A stretch of 64,000 nucleotides of DNA from positions 704,001-768,000 of the forward strand of contig CBDCTK010000002.1 in NCBI GenBank assembly GCA_965222225.1, written 5' to 3'. Under the pieces are notes generated by a model that had not been told where the DNA came from, ran no database searches, and saw only the letters and a list, made by a program, of their open reading frames with translations. The first letter of the stretch is position 1. Each line of letters begins with the position of its first letter. A program made the translations under genes and the position numbers. Source of the stretch: Candidatus Poribacteria bacterium. GTDB lineage: Bacteria; Poribacteria; WGA-4E; JAJDTR01. Of the stretch, positions 10,148-20,116 are shown in pieces.

Positions 10148-10870
10148 ATGCGTTTGACAGAGCAACAGCGGAACAGATACAAAGAATCGGGCTATCTTCT
10201 CGTAACGGGACTGTTCGATATCAAGACCGCAAAACAGATGATTGACCACTATATGGAAATGCGTGCCGAGGGACCAAAACCCGGGGATTCCGGGGGAACG
10301 CCGGATAAACCCGATGATCCGACTCACAAATATCCTCGAATGATAAGCATGCATGAATGGGATGGGGTTACCGGAAACTGGGCACAACAGGCGGATATGT
10401 TAGCTATCGTGAGCCAACTGATTGACGACACCCCGGTCTTGCGGCAGACGATGCTTTATTTCAAACCCCCAGGAGGGCGAGGTCAGGGGCTTCATCAAGA
10501 CCAACAATACATTCCGACGGAGCCGCTTATTGGTGTGTGGATAGCCCTTGATGAATCAGACGAGGCAGTAGGACAGATGATTGTTGTTCCCGGCTCGCAC
10601 AAATTCGGACATCTGCCGGTGCAAGCGGCTGACACGTCTGTTTCGTTTACGCCCGTTCAATCGATGATACCGGCGGAGGCGACGGAGGTGGGTGTCAACA
10701 TGAAACCGGGGGATGCACTATTTTTTGATGGTAAAACGCTCCACGGTTCGTACCTCAACACGACCAAAGAACGCTGGCGTCGCAGTTTTATCTGTCATTA
10801 TATCGGCGAACACGCGGAGAATTTTGAGCCGGAGCAGGGGACACTTGTGTCGCATTTGCGCTCTTCGTAG
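10148..10870 (+). CDS. Phytanoyl-CoA dioxygenase (PhyH) family Fe(II)/2OG oxygenase
   Basis: FKPPG..HQD, WIALD, VPGSH, HGS..N..RR motifs. Confidence 0.93.
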   Translation: MRLTEQQRNRYKESGYLLVTGLFDIKTAKQMIDHYMEMRAEGPKPGDSGGTPDKPDDPTHKYPRMISMHEWDGVTGNWAQQADMLAIVSQLIDDTPVLRQTMLYFKPPGGRGQGLHQDQQYIPTEPLIGVWIALDESDEAVGQMIVVPGSHKFGHLPVQAADTSVSFTPVQSMIPAEATEVGVNMKPGDALFFDGKTLHGSYLNTTKERWRRSFICHYIGEHAENFEPEQGTLVSHLRSS

Positions 10871-11182
10871 ATGCTCTTGAATTGTGACGTGCCTTTTGTC
10901 TCTATGATGTCTTCAAACCATGGCAAATTTGCGTGGGGAGCCTTCTATTTTGTAACGGATATCACCGTAGTTGGTCTTGTGAGCAGTAAACGCCATTTGA
11001 TTGGGATAGCCGTGATTGATTCCTGATGTCATGGTATGGCACGGGGAGGGATTTCTATCGTGCTGGGATCGCATTCGCTATTCGCTCATTCGATCTATTC
11101 GGTCGCTTGATCGCACGAGAGTCACTATCAAGACTTGCTATCGCCCTCCTTATTCAGTCGGTTGATCCTGAGCCATAAACGC

Positions 11183-11211
11183 TTGCTTTTCGGTTAACCA
11201 TCAGCTATACT
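11183..11211 (+). promoter_or_regulatory. Putative sigma70 promoter for the MDR/ThuA pair
   Basis: TTGCTT-17 bp-TATACT, about 60 bp upstream of ATG 11273. Confidence 0.5.
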
Positions 11212-11272
11212 TGAGCCATTGACTGGAAATAGCACTGTTAGACCTTATTGAGGTTCGGTAAGGGGAGTTTCT

Positions 11273-12223
11273 ATGCGTGCAATCGTTACCAGACTGAAGC
11301 CTGATGGAACTCGCGAGAAGGTGTTAGTGGACGATTGGCCAAATCCCGGGGCTCCCGCTGAAAACGAAGTCAAGACTCGTACACTGTATTCGGGAATCAC
11401 TAACGGAACGGAACGCAACGATCTCCTGAGCGGCAATTACGCCAGTCCAGATGATGAATTGCCCGCACGTGGTGGTTACCAAAATGTGGGCGAAGTGATC
11501 GAGGTGGGTTCCGGTGTGCAGGGCTTGGAGACTAGCGACGTACTCTACATGAGTCGAAGCCATCTTGAGTTCTGTCTCGAACCTGAAGATCGATTGCACA
11601 TCAAGCTGCCCACCGGGATCAAGCCGAAAGAGGCTGCACTCTTCGGTGTCGCCGGTGTCGCCATGCGATGCTGTCGAAACGCTGATCTGCGCATAGGCAC
11701 TCGGATGCTAGTGGTTGGTGCAGGAATCGTAGGTCAATTGGTCGCCCAGATTGCGGCGTCTACCGGTGCGTGCGTGACACTGTGTGATGTTGATGAGCAT
11801 CGTCTAAAGATTGCCGAGACGATCGGTGCTGCTGACGAGATCATCAATGTTGGCGGTGACGGTTGGGACAAATACATCCCTGATTTTGGATTCGATATTG
11901 TACTTGATGCGGCAGGTGTTTTGGGCATGGAGGACAAGCTGATTACCGCCGCAAAGAAACATGGGACCATTATGTTCATCGCAGGACGATTTAGAGTAGA
12001 ATACATCTTTAACCGGGGGCAAGGACGCGAAATCACGATTAAGCAGAACAGCCACTTTGACAACTCTGACCTTTATCACATGTGCCGCTTTGTGTCGAAG
12101 GGCATGATTCAGATTGCACCCTTAATCCAAGATGTGGCGCCGGTTGCCGAAGCGAAAAGGATTTATGACACGCTCCGGGATGAGCCACAGAAGTTGCTTG
12201 GGACCGTTTTTGATTGGAGGTAA
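11273..12223 (+). CDS. MDR superfamily (zinc-binding-type) dehydrogenase
   Basis: GYQNVGEVIEVG and GAGIVG motifs; the canonical Cys/His zinc ligands are not evident. Confidence 0.85.
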   Translation: MRAIVTRLKPDGTREKVLVDDWPNPGAPAENEVKTRTLYSGITNGTERNDLLSGNYASPDDELPARGGYQNVGEVIEVGSGVQGLETSDVLYMSRSHLEFCLEPEDRLHIKLPTGIKPKEAALFGVAGVAMRCCRNADLRIGTRMLVVGAGIVGQLVAQIAASTGACVTLCDVDEHRLKIAETIGAADEIINVGGDGWDKYIPDFGFDIVLDAAGVLGMEDKLITAAKKHGTIMFIAGRFRVEYIFNRGQGREITIKQNSHFDNSDLYHMCRFVSKGMIQIAPLIQDVAPVAEAKRIYDTLRDEPQKLLGTVFDWR

Positions 12224-12228
12224 ATAGG

Positions 12229-12888
12229 ATGAGAACTGCACCGGTAACTATCGCTGTTGTCACTGGAGGGCATAGCTATGATGTCATCAATTTTCGGCGG
12301 CTTTTCAGCGGCTTAGACGGCATTGACTCTCATGTCCAGCACATGGATGATTTTGCGACCTCTTCAGAGAAGGTTCGGGATTCATACGACGTTGTTGTCT
12401 TCTATCACATGTTGATGGACGGTCCACGCGACGAGGGCTTACCGGGCTACGCCGGGAAACCCAAAGCGGTTTTGGAACATCTCGGCGAAACACAGCAAGG
12501 CGTCTTCGTTCTCCATCATGCACTCCTGGCGTATCCGCGATGGCACGTCTGGGACGAAATAGTGGGGATGGACGACCGCTCTTTTGGCGCCCATGCCGGC
12601 AAATCTCTTCATGTAGAGATTGCCGATGCAAGTCATCCGATTACTCGTGATCTGTCGGACTGGGACATGCTTGATGAGACTTATACGATGGCTGAACCCG
12701 CAGCAGACAACAACGTTCTCCTCACAGTCAAGCACTCGCAAAGCATGGAGGCGATTGCTTGGAATCGGGAGCACAAGAATAGTCGGGTATTCTGTTTTCA
12801 GTCTGGTCATGATAACCAGACCTGGGCAGATGCAGGATTTCAGGAAGTTCTGCGTCGCGGCATTTTGTGGTGTGGAAGAAAGCTTTAG
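12229..12888 (+). CDS. ThuA-like (trehalose utilisation/GATase-like) domain protein
   Basis: VTGGHSYD, HPIT, DETY, RVFCFQSGHD, RRGILW; ATG at 12229 preferred over the upstream TTG. Confidence 0.85.
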   Translation: MRTAPVTIAVVTGGHSYDVINFRRLFSGLDGIDSHVQHMDDFATSSEKVRDSYDVVVFYHMLMDGPRDEGLPGYAGKPKAVLEHLGETQQGVFVLHHALLAYPRWHVWDEIVGMDDRSFGAHAGKSLHVEIADASHPITRDLSDWDMLDETYTMAEPAADNNVLLTVKHSQSMEAIAWNREHKNSRVFCFQSGHDNQTWADAGFQEVLRRGILWCGRKL

Positions 12889-12978
12889 GTGCTGTCGGTT
12901 GGGCATTCATTAGCGAAGCGCTTACGCACCTAAATCTGAAAAAGAGCAATTCGTTTGGCGTTCATACTCCATCGCTAA

Positions 12979-13138
12979 GAACCTGTTTGAATAATCGGTG
13001 GCAAAGCCATTTTTGGTCATTTGTAGAAAGTTTTTTCATGTTTTCATTGTTGGCTGTTACATACCTGTAGGATCTCTATCGCAGTCGCTATTCGCTCCCT
13101 TGATCGCACCCTACAAACTGTACTTTTCAAACAGGTTC
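12979..13138. mobile_element. MITE copy C (TIRs GAACCTGTTTGAA), single 40-bp module
   Basis: taa-GAACCTGTTTGAA...TTCAAACAGGTTC-tta; colinear with copy B. Confidence 0.85.
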
Positions 13139-13442
13139 TTAGTGATGACTTTAACCCTGTCCATAATTCACTAATTCATTTAACGTAGGGATTTTTGAGT
13201 ACCGGTGTTCAACGCCGCTGGTGATTGGTCGTCGCAAATCCCTTTAGTCAAAGGTATTCGTCATCTTCAGATAACTTACATTGCGAAATTTTGGACGAGA
13301 TTGTAATTTTTCGGCTTAACAAACAACCCTTTATTCTAAAGTCTATCAAGCATCTGGACAAGAAGAGACTTCCAACCTACAAGGGAAGAAAGTTGCCTAT
13401 TTGTCTTGGTCCTTAAACAATCGGCAAAGGAGAAATAGTAAA

Positions 13443-13847
13443 GTGAATAGGAGAAAACCAAGCACCTCGCGCTCGCGCGGACAGCAATTCGGGACGGGAG
13501 CAAAGCCGTCAAGAGCGGGTGCCCGAAGGAAGAAAAAGAAAGCCAAAGAGAAACTGGTAAAGCAGAGTATCGATAATCGAGAAGGTGTTGAGTCTAATGA
13601 CACAGAAGGCGATCACGTTGAATTGAAGGATGACAAAATCGTGGTTGAAGGAACGGTTACTGAGACGCTTCCTAACGCTATGTTCCGCGTGGATTTAGAT
13701 GAGGCTAGCGTCGAACATCAAATTCTTGCCCATATCTCTGGGAGAATGAGGAAGTTCTTTATCAAAATCTTGCCGGGTGACAAAGTAACGGTCGAACTTT
13801 CACCGTATGACTTGACACGCGGGCGCATCACCTACCGGAAGAAATAG
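13443..13847 (+). CDS. infA: Translation initiation factor IF-1 with N-terminal extension
   Basis: [51 protein letters not shown]; GTG at 13443 preceded by AAGGAG. Confidence 0.93.
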   Translation: MNRRKPSTSRSRGQQFGTGAKPSRAGARRKKKKAKEKLVKQSIDNREGVESNDTEGDHVELKDDKIVVEGTVTETLPNAMFRVDLDEASVEHQILAHISGRMRKFFIKILPGDKVTVELSPYDLTRGRITYRKK

Positions 13848-13996
13848 TCGCCTACCACCAATCGGCAAGTTGAGCGAAGATAGGAGATTTTCACGCCGAT
13901 CTGTGAATATAGTTGTTTCGTGCTGTTCGGCGATGGGCAATTAAACTGCTATTGATTGACAGAGGAAACACGTTGCCGGTTTTGCGTTAGCTGTAT

Positions 13997-15250
13997 ATGA
14001 ACCCCTACCTGACAATCATTCTCACTGCGATGATTGGGGAGTTTTTGCTCCGCAGCATAGCCCGACTTCTCAATCTCAAAGCCCTCTCTCCAAATCTGCC
14101 AGCCGAATTCGTCGGATTTTACGACGAAGCGAAGTATCGACAGTCACAGGAATACACAAAAATAAACGCCAAATTTGCCTATGTCTCGACATTGATTGAT
14201 TTGGTCGTTCTGGTTGGCTTTATTCTGATAGGCGGGTTCAATTATGTAGACGATTTGGCTCGTAGTTGGACTTCAATACCGATTCTTAGAGGCCTATTGT
14301 TCTTTGGGCTACTTTATGTAATTAGAGACATTTTATCCACGCCGTTCGCGCTGTATGAAACTTTCGTGATTGAGGAGAAGTTTGGGTTCAATAAGACAAC
14401 GGTGAAGACCTTCTTACTGGATAAGGTCAAGAGTTACGTTTTGCTTACAGCTCTAGGTGCGGTTTTGCTCGGCGGGATTCTGTATCTCTTCGAGGAGATT
14501 GGTGATTGGGGTTGGCTTTACGCATGGGGACTGGTGTCCCTTTTCATCATCGTCGCACCGTCACTATTTATAACAGTCATCGCGCCACTGTTCAACAAAT
14601 TTACCCTCCTGCACGATGGTGCCCTCAAAGATGCGATTGAAAGGTACAGTGAAAGCGTAAAATTCCCGCTGACGGAAATATCAGTGATGGATGGGTCAAA
14701 GCGTTCAGGGCATTCCAATGCCTACTTTAGCGGGTTCGGCAAGAAAAAGCGGATTGTGCTTTTCGATACGCTAATCGAGAAGCATTCGGTCAAGGAACTT
14801 GTCGCCATTCTTGCGCATGAAGTTGGGCACTACAAGCAAAAGCATATATTGAAAGGGGTGCTTGTCTCAATCGTGCACGCTGGAATCTTGTTTTTCCTTC
14901 TCTCGCTATTCATTGAGAATCAAGGGCTCTTTGATGCGTTTCGGATGGAACAAACATCGGTCTATGCAGGATTGGTATTTTTCAGTATCTTGTATGCTCC
15001 GATTGAATTGGTGCTTTCGATTGCTATGAATGTCGTATCACGGAAGCATGAATATGAAGCAGACGCCTTCGCCGCAGACACAATCGGTTCAGCAGAACCG
15101 TTAGTCAACGGGCTGAAAATCTTGTCTGTTTCTAATCTCGGAAATCTGACCCCGGATAACTTGACGGTTATCTTGAATTACAGCCATCCACCAATTCTTC
15201 AGCGGATTGCGGCACTCCGTGGGCTGGACGCAGCTGGCCAGCGGGCGTGA
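13997..15250 (+). CDS. M48 family (Ste24/CAAX-like) membrane metalloprotease
   Basis: NAYFSGFGKKKRIVLFDTL, HEVGH, EYEADAFA, YSHPP; multiple TM helices. Confidence 0.95.
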   Translation: MNPYLTIILTAMIGEFLLRSIARLLNLKALSPNLPAEFVGFYDEAKYRQSQEYTKINAKFAYVSTLIDLVVLVGFILIGGFNYVDDLARSWTSIPILRGLLFFGLLYVIRDILSTPFALYETFVIEEKFGFNKTTVKTFLLDKVKSYVLLTALGAVLLGGILYLFEEIGDWGWLYAWGLVSLFIIVAPSLFITVIAPLFNKFTLLHDGALKDAIERYSESVKFPLTEISVMDGSKRSGHSNAYFSGFGKKKRIVLFDTLIEKHSVKELVAILAHEVGHYKQKHILKGVLVSIVHAGILFFLLSLFIENQGLFDAFRMEQTSVYAGLVFFSILYAPIELVLSIAMNVVSRKHEYEADAFAADTIGSAEPLVNGLKILSVSNLGNLTPDNLTVILNYSHPPILQRIAALRGLDAAGQRA

Positions 15251-15407
15251 TGCAGCGAGTTATTCCATCAAGGACATGTCGAGTCCTGAAATTCACGCGG
15301 TGCTAATTTCCTGTGGCGGGCGGTGCCCCTGCAACTAGAGCAGCTTATGCAAAGGTAGGATGATTGGGTAGGAGGTCTCTACTGCAAGATGTGCGACTTT
15401 CAAACTC

Positions 15408-18400
15408 TTATCCGCTAAACCGTGCCGAAACGACTTTTGATACCCCTGCTTGTTCCATCGTTACACCGTACATCACATCGGCGATTTCCATTGTTCGCTT
15501 GTTATGCGTAATAATGACAAATTGCGTGTGCTGGGCATAGTTGTGAATGAGCTTGGTGAATCGAAGAACGTTGGCTTCATCAAGCGCAGCATCGACTTCA
15601 TCCAGAATACAGAACGGACTAGGTTTGAGTTTGAAAATTGCGAATAGTAACGCAATGGCAACCAGTGACCGTTCGCCTCCCGAAAGCTGCGTGATGCTCT
15701 GTGGACGTTTCCCCGGCGGACACGCGATGATGTCAATCCCCGATTCCAAAATGTCTGATTCATCAGTCAAGGCGAGTTCAGATTCCCCACCCTCAAAGAG
15801 TTCTGTAAAGACTTCTCGAAAATTTGCACGAATCTGCTCAAAAGCTTTCTGAAATGCCTCGCGCGAAGTTTGATTAATTTTCTGAATTGCTTTGTAGGTG
15901 GATTCAATAGACTTTTCCAAATCCTCGCGCTGAAGGACAAGGAACTCCTCCCGCTTTTTGTGCGCCTCATACTCTTCAATGGCTTTCATGTTGACGGTAC
16001 CAACGTCTGCGATCTGTGCCTTAAGTGATTCGACTTGGTCGAGCAATTCGATTTCGTTTACCGTCTGTTCCGTTGCCTGAACCTGCTCGATTGACACCTG
16101 GTATTTTTCGGTGATTCCGGCGGAAATAGCCTTTATCTGCATTTCTAGCTGGGTGACGGTAACTTCCATTTGGTGCCGCATCCGGTTGTGCTTGTCACCC
16201 TGTCTTCTCCCTGTACGCATCAATTTCTGTAATTCAGCATCGCGTTGTCTTAGCGCTTCACGTTCCTCTGTTAAAAGGTTTACCCTTTCCTCCGCTTCGG
16301 CTTTTTCCTGTTCTATCCGGAGAAACTGCTGCTGGGCTTCATCAATCAGTTTTGAGAGGTTCTGCCGCGTTTCGTCATCGGAGTCAATTACTTTCTGATA
16401 TTCACCCATGTTCTCGCGGACTCGCGCTTGATTTTTCTCAGACGTATCAAGTCTTGCTTTGATTCCGGATAATTGCTCACGCTTGCTTGCTAGAGAGACT
16501 TCAAGGGCTTGGCAGGAAGCCACTACCTCATCGTGCTTGTTGCTTTCGCTCTGAACTTGCTCAGAGAGGCGTTTTATGCGGTTTTGTAGCTTGTTGCGCG
16601 TTTTCTGGATCTCGTCCAGTTCGGTTTGACTGTTTTCGGAGTTTGCTCTCGATTTGTCGGCTTCCTCCTGAAAACGGGAACTCTCCGTTTGTACCTCTTC
16701 TAATTCCCGCTTGTGTTGTACAATGTCTCGCTTGTGTTGTTCTAAGTCTTTCACATGACCGGCATACTCAATCTCACTATGCTGTTGTTGACTGGCAAGT
16801 GATTCGTGCCTTTGCACAAGTTGAGCCAATTTTCCGACATGCTCTTTTTGGTTCAAATTTTTCCCGTTAATGGTGGAAGTCAGATTATCGATCTTTGTTT
16901 GTAAATCTTCCAATTCTCGTGGTCGACTCAGAAACCCGGTCGTCTGATTGGCACTGGAACCACCGGTAACCGCTCCAAAAGTACTGATAATCTCGCCCTC
17001 GACAGTTACGAGACGGGAATTTGGGCGAAATTTTTGTGCGAGTTTAATAGCAGTATCAAGATCTTTAATGACAACTGTATTTCCTAGCAACTGTCGAATT
17101 GCGATGTCATATTTCGGCGCATACTCCACGAGATCCGAAGCCAAACCGATTACGCCCGTCTGATTGAGAAGCGCCTCATCACGAAATGACCTGGCACGCA
17201 GCATATCCAACGGCAAGAATGTCACTCGTCCGGCGCGCGTTCGCTTGAGGAATGTAATTCCCTTCTTTGCGTCTTCGGCAGTTTCTGTTACGACGTTTTG
17301 GATCGCGCTGCCCAACGCTACCTCAACAGCTAACTCGTAGTCGGAATCCGTGCGGATGAGTTCCGCAACGACGCCGCAAACTCCTCCAAACTGTTCCGGA
17401 TCATTTTCTTTTGCCATCATGACGGCTCGAACGCCGGTGTAAAAACCCTCGTACGTCGACTGTAATTCTTTCAGCGATTTCAATCGAGAGACGCTCATAC
17501 CGAGGGAGTCCTGTAATCCCCGAATCTCCGATTCAAGCTTCCGGAGTAAATCCCTTCGTTTCTGGCGTTCTTCCTCAATCTGTCGCTTCTCGGTGTCCAA
17601 CTGCACCAGCGTCGCTTTCAGTTGTTGTTCGCGTTTCTGTGCTTCAGCCTGAGCGGCTTCAACGGATTCGAGTTTTCCTTGAACTACCTCGGTATCTCCG
17701 AGGACTCGATTGAGGTTATGCGTAGCGAATTCCAGCCTATTGTTGAGCGATACGACCTCGGATTCCAGTCGGGATTCCTGATTCGCTTGTTCGGACAATT
17801 CAGTTTCGCTCTGGTTGATTGTCTGCCTAGTTTCGGCTATCCGCGTTGCGAAATCATTCAATACACGCCTTCGTGCAGTTAGACGGCTTTCCTCCAACTT
17901 AAGAGTTGCATTGAGTTGGGTTCGCTTTTGTTCGAGTCCGCGTTTCTCGGTATCCAACTCGGCAAGTTCTTTTTCGAACGATTGGATCGCGAGCTTTGCT
18001 CGTTGGCGTTGTTCATGGAGGTTCAACTGTCGTTCCTTGTGGAGGGCAATTTGGCGCTCGATTTGCTCAATCCGACTTGAGAATTGCCTTGTGAGATTGT
18101 TGCCTTCCTCAATTGCCTTATCAAGCGTTGCTCTTCGTTCAATTAGTTCTTCGCTCTCCTGTTCCGCCGACTGAATGGTATTGTTCACCTCATCGATTGC
18201 TGCCAGAAGGTTATCCAAACTCCCCTGTGTTTCGGTTAAATCTTCAAGAAATCGTTCGTACTCTCGGCGCTTCTGATTTAACTCAAGATTCTTGAGTTGC
18301 TCGTGCAACTCTTGGTGACGGCGTGCCTGCGCCGCTTGACGTTTTAGTTTTTCGGTTTCCCGCTGTGCTTCGTTAATTACATCGTCGATGCGAACAAGAT

Positions 18401-18959
18401 TCTGTTCTGTATCTTCAAGCTTTTTGAGAGTAGTCTTCTTACGATGTTTATATTTAGTGATCCCGGCAACTTCGTCAAAAAGGTATCGGCGCTCTTCCGC
18501 CCGCGTATTCAGAATGAGATCAATCTTGCTCTGCTCCATAATGGAGTATGCGGATACACCAATTCCGGTGTCCATAAAGAGTTCAGTAATATCGCGGAGC
18601 AGACAAGGACTGTTGTTAATCAGGTAGCGACTTTCACCTTCTCGTGTCAACTGGCGGGTGATTTCAATCTCGGGTGATTCCAGCGCTAGCCGACCATCGG
18701 TGTTAGCGAATTGGAGGGATACTTTTGATCTTTGGGCGGGTTTGAAATCTGCGCCGCCGTTGAAGAGTAGATCCTGCATGTTGCCACAACGTAGTGCGCG
18801 TGCACTCTGCTCGCCCAGGACCCAACGAATTGCATCCGACACATTGCTCTTGCCACAACCGTTTGGCCCGACGACCGCAGTGATCCCGCGTTCCATTATC
18901 AGATCGATATCATCTGCAAAACTCTTAAAACCGTTAATTTTGATATGATTGAGGTGCAA
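15408..18959 (-). CDS. smc: Chromosome segregation protein SMC
   Basis: GFKSF, GPNGCGKSN, hinge GRVTFLPL, LSGGE, ILDEVDAALD; long coiled coils. Confidence 0.98.
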   Translation of the reverse strand: MHLNHIKINGFKSFADDIDLIMERGITAVVGPNGCGKSNVSDAIRWVLGEQSARALRCGNMQDLLFNGGADFKPAQRSKVSLQFANTDGRLALESPEIEITRQLTREGESRYLINNSPCLLRDITELFMDTGIGVSAYSIMEQSKIDLILNTRAEERRYLFDEVAGITKYKHRKKTTLKKLEDTEQNLVRIDDVINEAQRETEKLKRQAAQARRHQELHEQLKNLELNQKRREYERFLEDLTETQGSLDNLLAAIDEVNNTIQSAEQESEELIERRATLDKAIEEGNNLTRQFSSRIEQIERQIALHKERQLNLHEQRQRAKLAIQSFEKELAELDTEKRGLEQKRTQLNATLKLEESRLTARRRVLNDFATRIAETRQTINQSETELSEQANQESRLESEVVSLNNRLEFATHNLNRVLGDTEVVQGKLESVEAAQAEAQKREQQLKATLVQLDTEKRQIEEERQKRRDLLRKLESEIRGLQDSLGMSVSRLKSLKELQSTYEGFYTGVRAVMMAKENDPEQFGGVCGVVAELIRTDSDYELAVEVALGSAIQNVVTETAEDAKKGITFLKRTRAGRVTFLPLDMLRARSFRDEALLNQTGVIGLASDLVEYAPKYDIAIRQLLGNTVVIKDLDTAIKLAQKFRPNSRLVTVEGEIISTFGAVTGGSSANQTTGFLSRPRELEDLQTKIDNLTSTINGKNLNQKEHVGKLAQLVQRHESLASQQQHSEIEYAGHVKDLEQHKRDIVQHKRELEEVQTESSRFQEEADKSRANSENSQTELDEIQKTRNKLQNRIKRLSEQVQSESNKHDEVVASCQALEVSLASKREQLSGIKARLDTSEKNQARVRENMGEYQKVIDSDDETRQNLSKLIDEAQQQFLRIEQEKAEAEERVNLLTEEREALRQRDAELQKLMRTGRRQGDKHNRMRHQMEVTVTQLEMQIKAISAGITEKYQVSIEQVQATEQTVNEIELLDQVESLKAQIADVGTVNMKAIEEYEAHKKREEFLVLQREDLEKSIESTYKAIQKINQTSREAFQKAFEQIRANFREVFTELFEGGESELALTDESDILESGIDIIACPPGKRPQSITQLSGGERSLVAIALLFAIFKLKPSPFCILDEVDAALDEANVLRFTKLIHNYAQHTQFVIITHNKRTMEIADVMYGVTMEQAGVSKVVSARFSG

Positions 18960-19446
18960 GGCAGATCCCCCTTACCGTAAGAAATTTGCGATTCCACGCC
19001 AACTAACGTCAGTTTACCGAGATTCGTTTCGAGATATTGCCAGCAAGTGCGTCGTGCAGATCAAACCGGGTTTGGCAATTCAAACCGAGCGACAAGCAAT
19101 CATGAGCGTCTCATATCTGCCGGGGCATTACAGAAATTTCATACTTTTCATAACAAATGAGGGTTTTCAATTGCGGCAAAAAGATGGGAAAACTTTGCTA
19201 TGACTGGCGTTGGTGAAGTTTTGACGTTAGAGTCATAAGAGGGATGGTATGAAAATCGTAGTTATCAGTCGAAACCATTCTAAATCTCAGCAGGTGCTAT
19301 TTTGCTACTAGAAGATGGCTTTGCAAACAAGATTGTACATTCTAGATGTGATGAGTAGTTGGGCATTTGTGAAAATCGTCCATGTCATGATTGCGATTTG
19401 ACGAGAAATCTTCAGGTGAAGGACGAGGTTTGAGGGTAGCCGTTAT

Positions 19447-19872
19447 CTAGGATATTTCATCAATAGGATTTGATTTTCGTATGTGTTTGATTTTGCCCCG
19501 ATGGCGTTTCGATTTCAAGCGGCGCTCGTTAGATGCGTGAGTGGGGAGAGTTGGCTTGCGAACTTTAGGCGGGACCGTGGCTCGGCGAATCAGTGCCGCG
19601 AGTCTATCAAATGCGTCTTGGCGATTCCGACCTTGCGTACGGAATCGACTTGCGGTGATGAGGAGTTCTCCCTGCTCCGTCATTTTCTTGCCTGCTAGAC
19701 TTATGAGACGATTACGCAAGCTCTCGGGTAGTGTGGCATTTTTTAAATCAAATCGAAGCTGGGCGGCAGTTGACACTTTGTTAACGTTTTGCCCACCTGG
19801 TCCGGTGGAACGGACGAATTTTACCTGGATGTCGCTTTCGCTAATGGCAATGTCCTCAGTTATCTGAATCAT
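19447..19872 (-). CDS. arfB: Alternative ribosome rescue peptidyl-tRNA hydrolase ArfB (YaeJ)
   Basis: GPGGQNVNKV motif, RTQGRNR, basic C-terminal tail; ATG at 19872 preferred. Confidence 0.95.
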   Translation of the reverse strand: MIQITEDIAISESDIQVKFVRSTGPGGQNVNKVSTAAQLRFDLKNATLPESLRNRLISLAGKKMTEQGELLITASRFRTQGRNRQDAFDRLAALIRRATVPPKVRKPTLPTHASNERRLKSKRHRGKIKHIRKSNPIDEIS

Positions 19873-20116
19873 GGTACAGATTCCTTGAGATTCTGTCAAT
19901 CTCAAACATCAGAGAGTTCCGGGAGTTTTAAGTTGCAATCTGTTGTCAATCGTAGGATTTGCCCACAAAAGTGGTCAACTATCCCTAACATTTGACCATG
20001 TCGTTGGGTGATATTTTTACTGGAGTAACAATCGGCTTTTCGTTATAATGTCCGTAGGAAAGTATAAGAGTCGTGTGTCACTGACGCAACTAAATCTCAA
20101 CTTTCAGGCAGAAATA

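Noticed and set aside
4304-13138. Recurring ~40-bp repeat as a possible CRISPR array
   Set aside because: Copies are dispersed, degenerate, in both orientations, lack regular spacers, and no cas genes are present.
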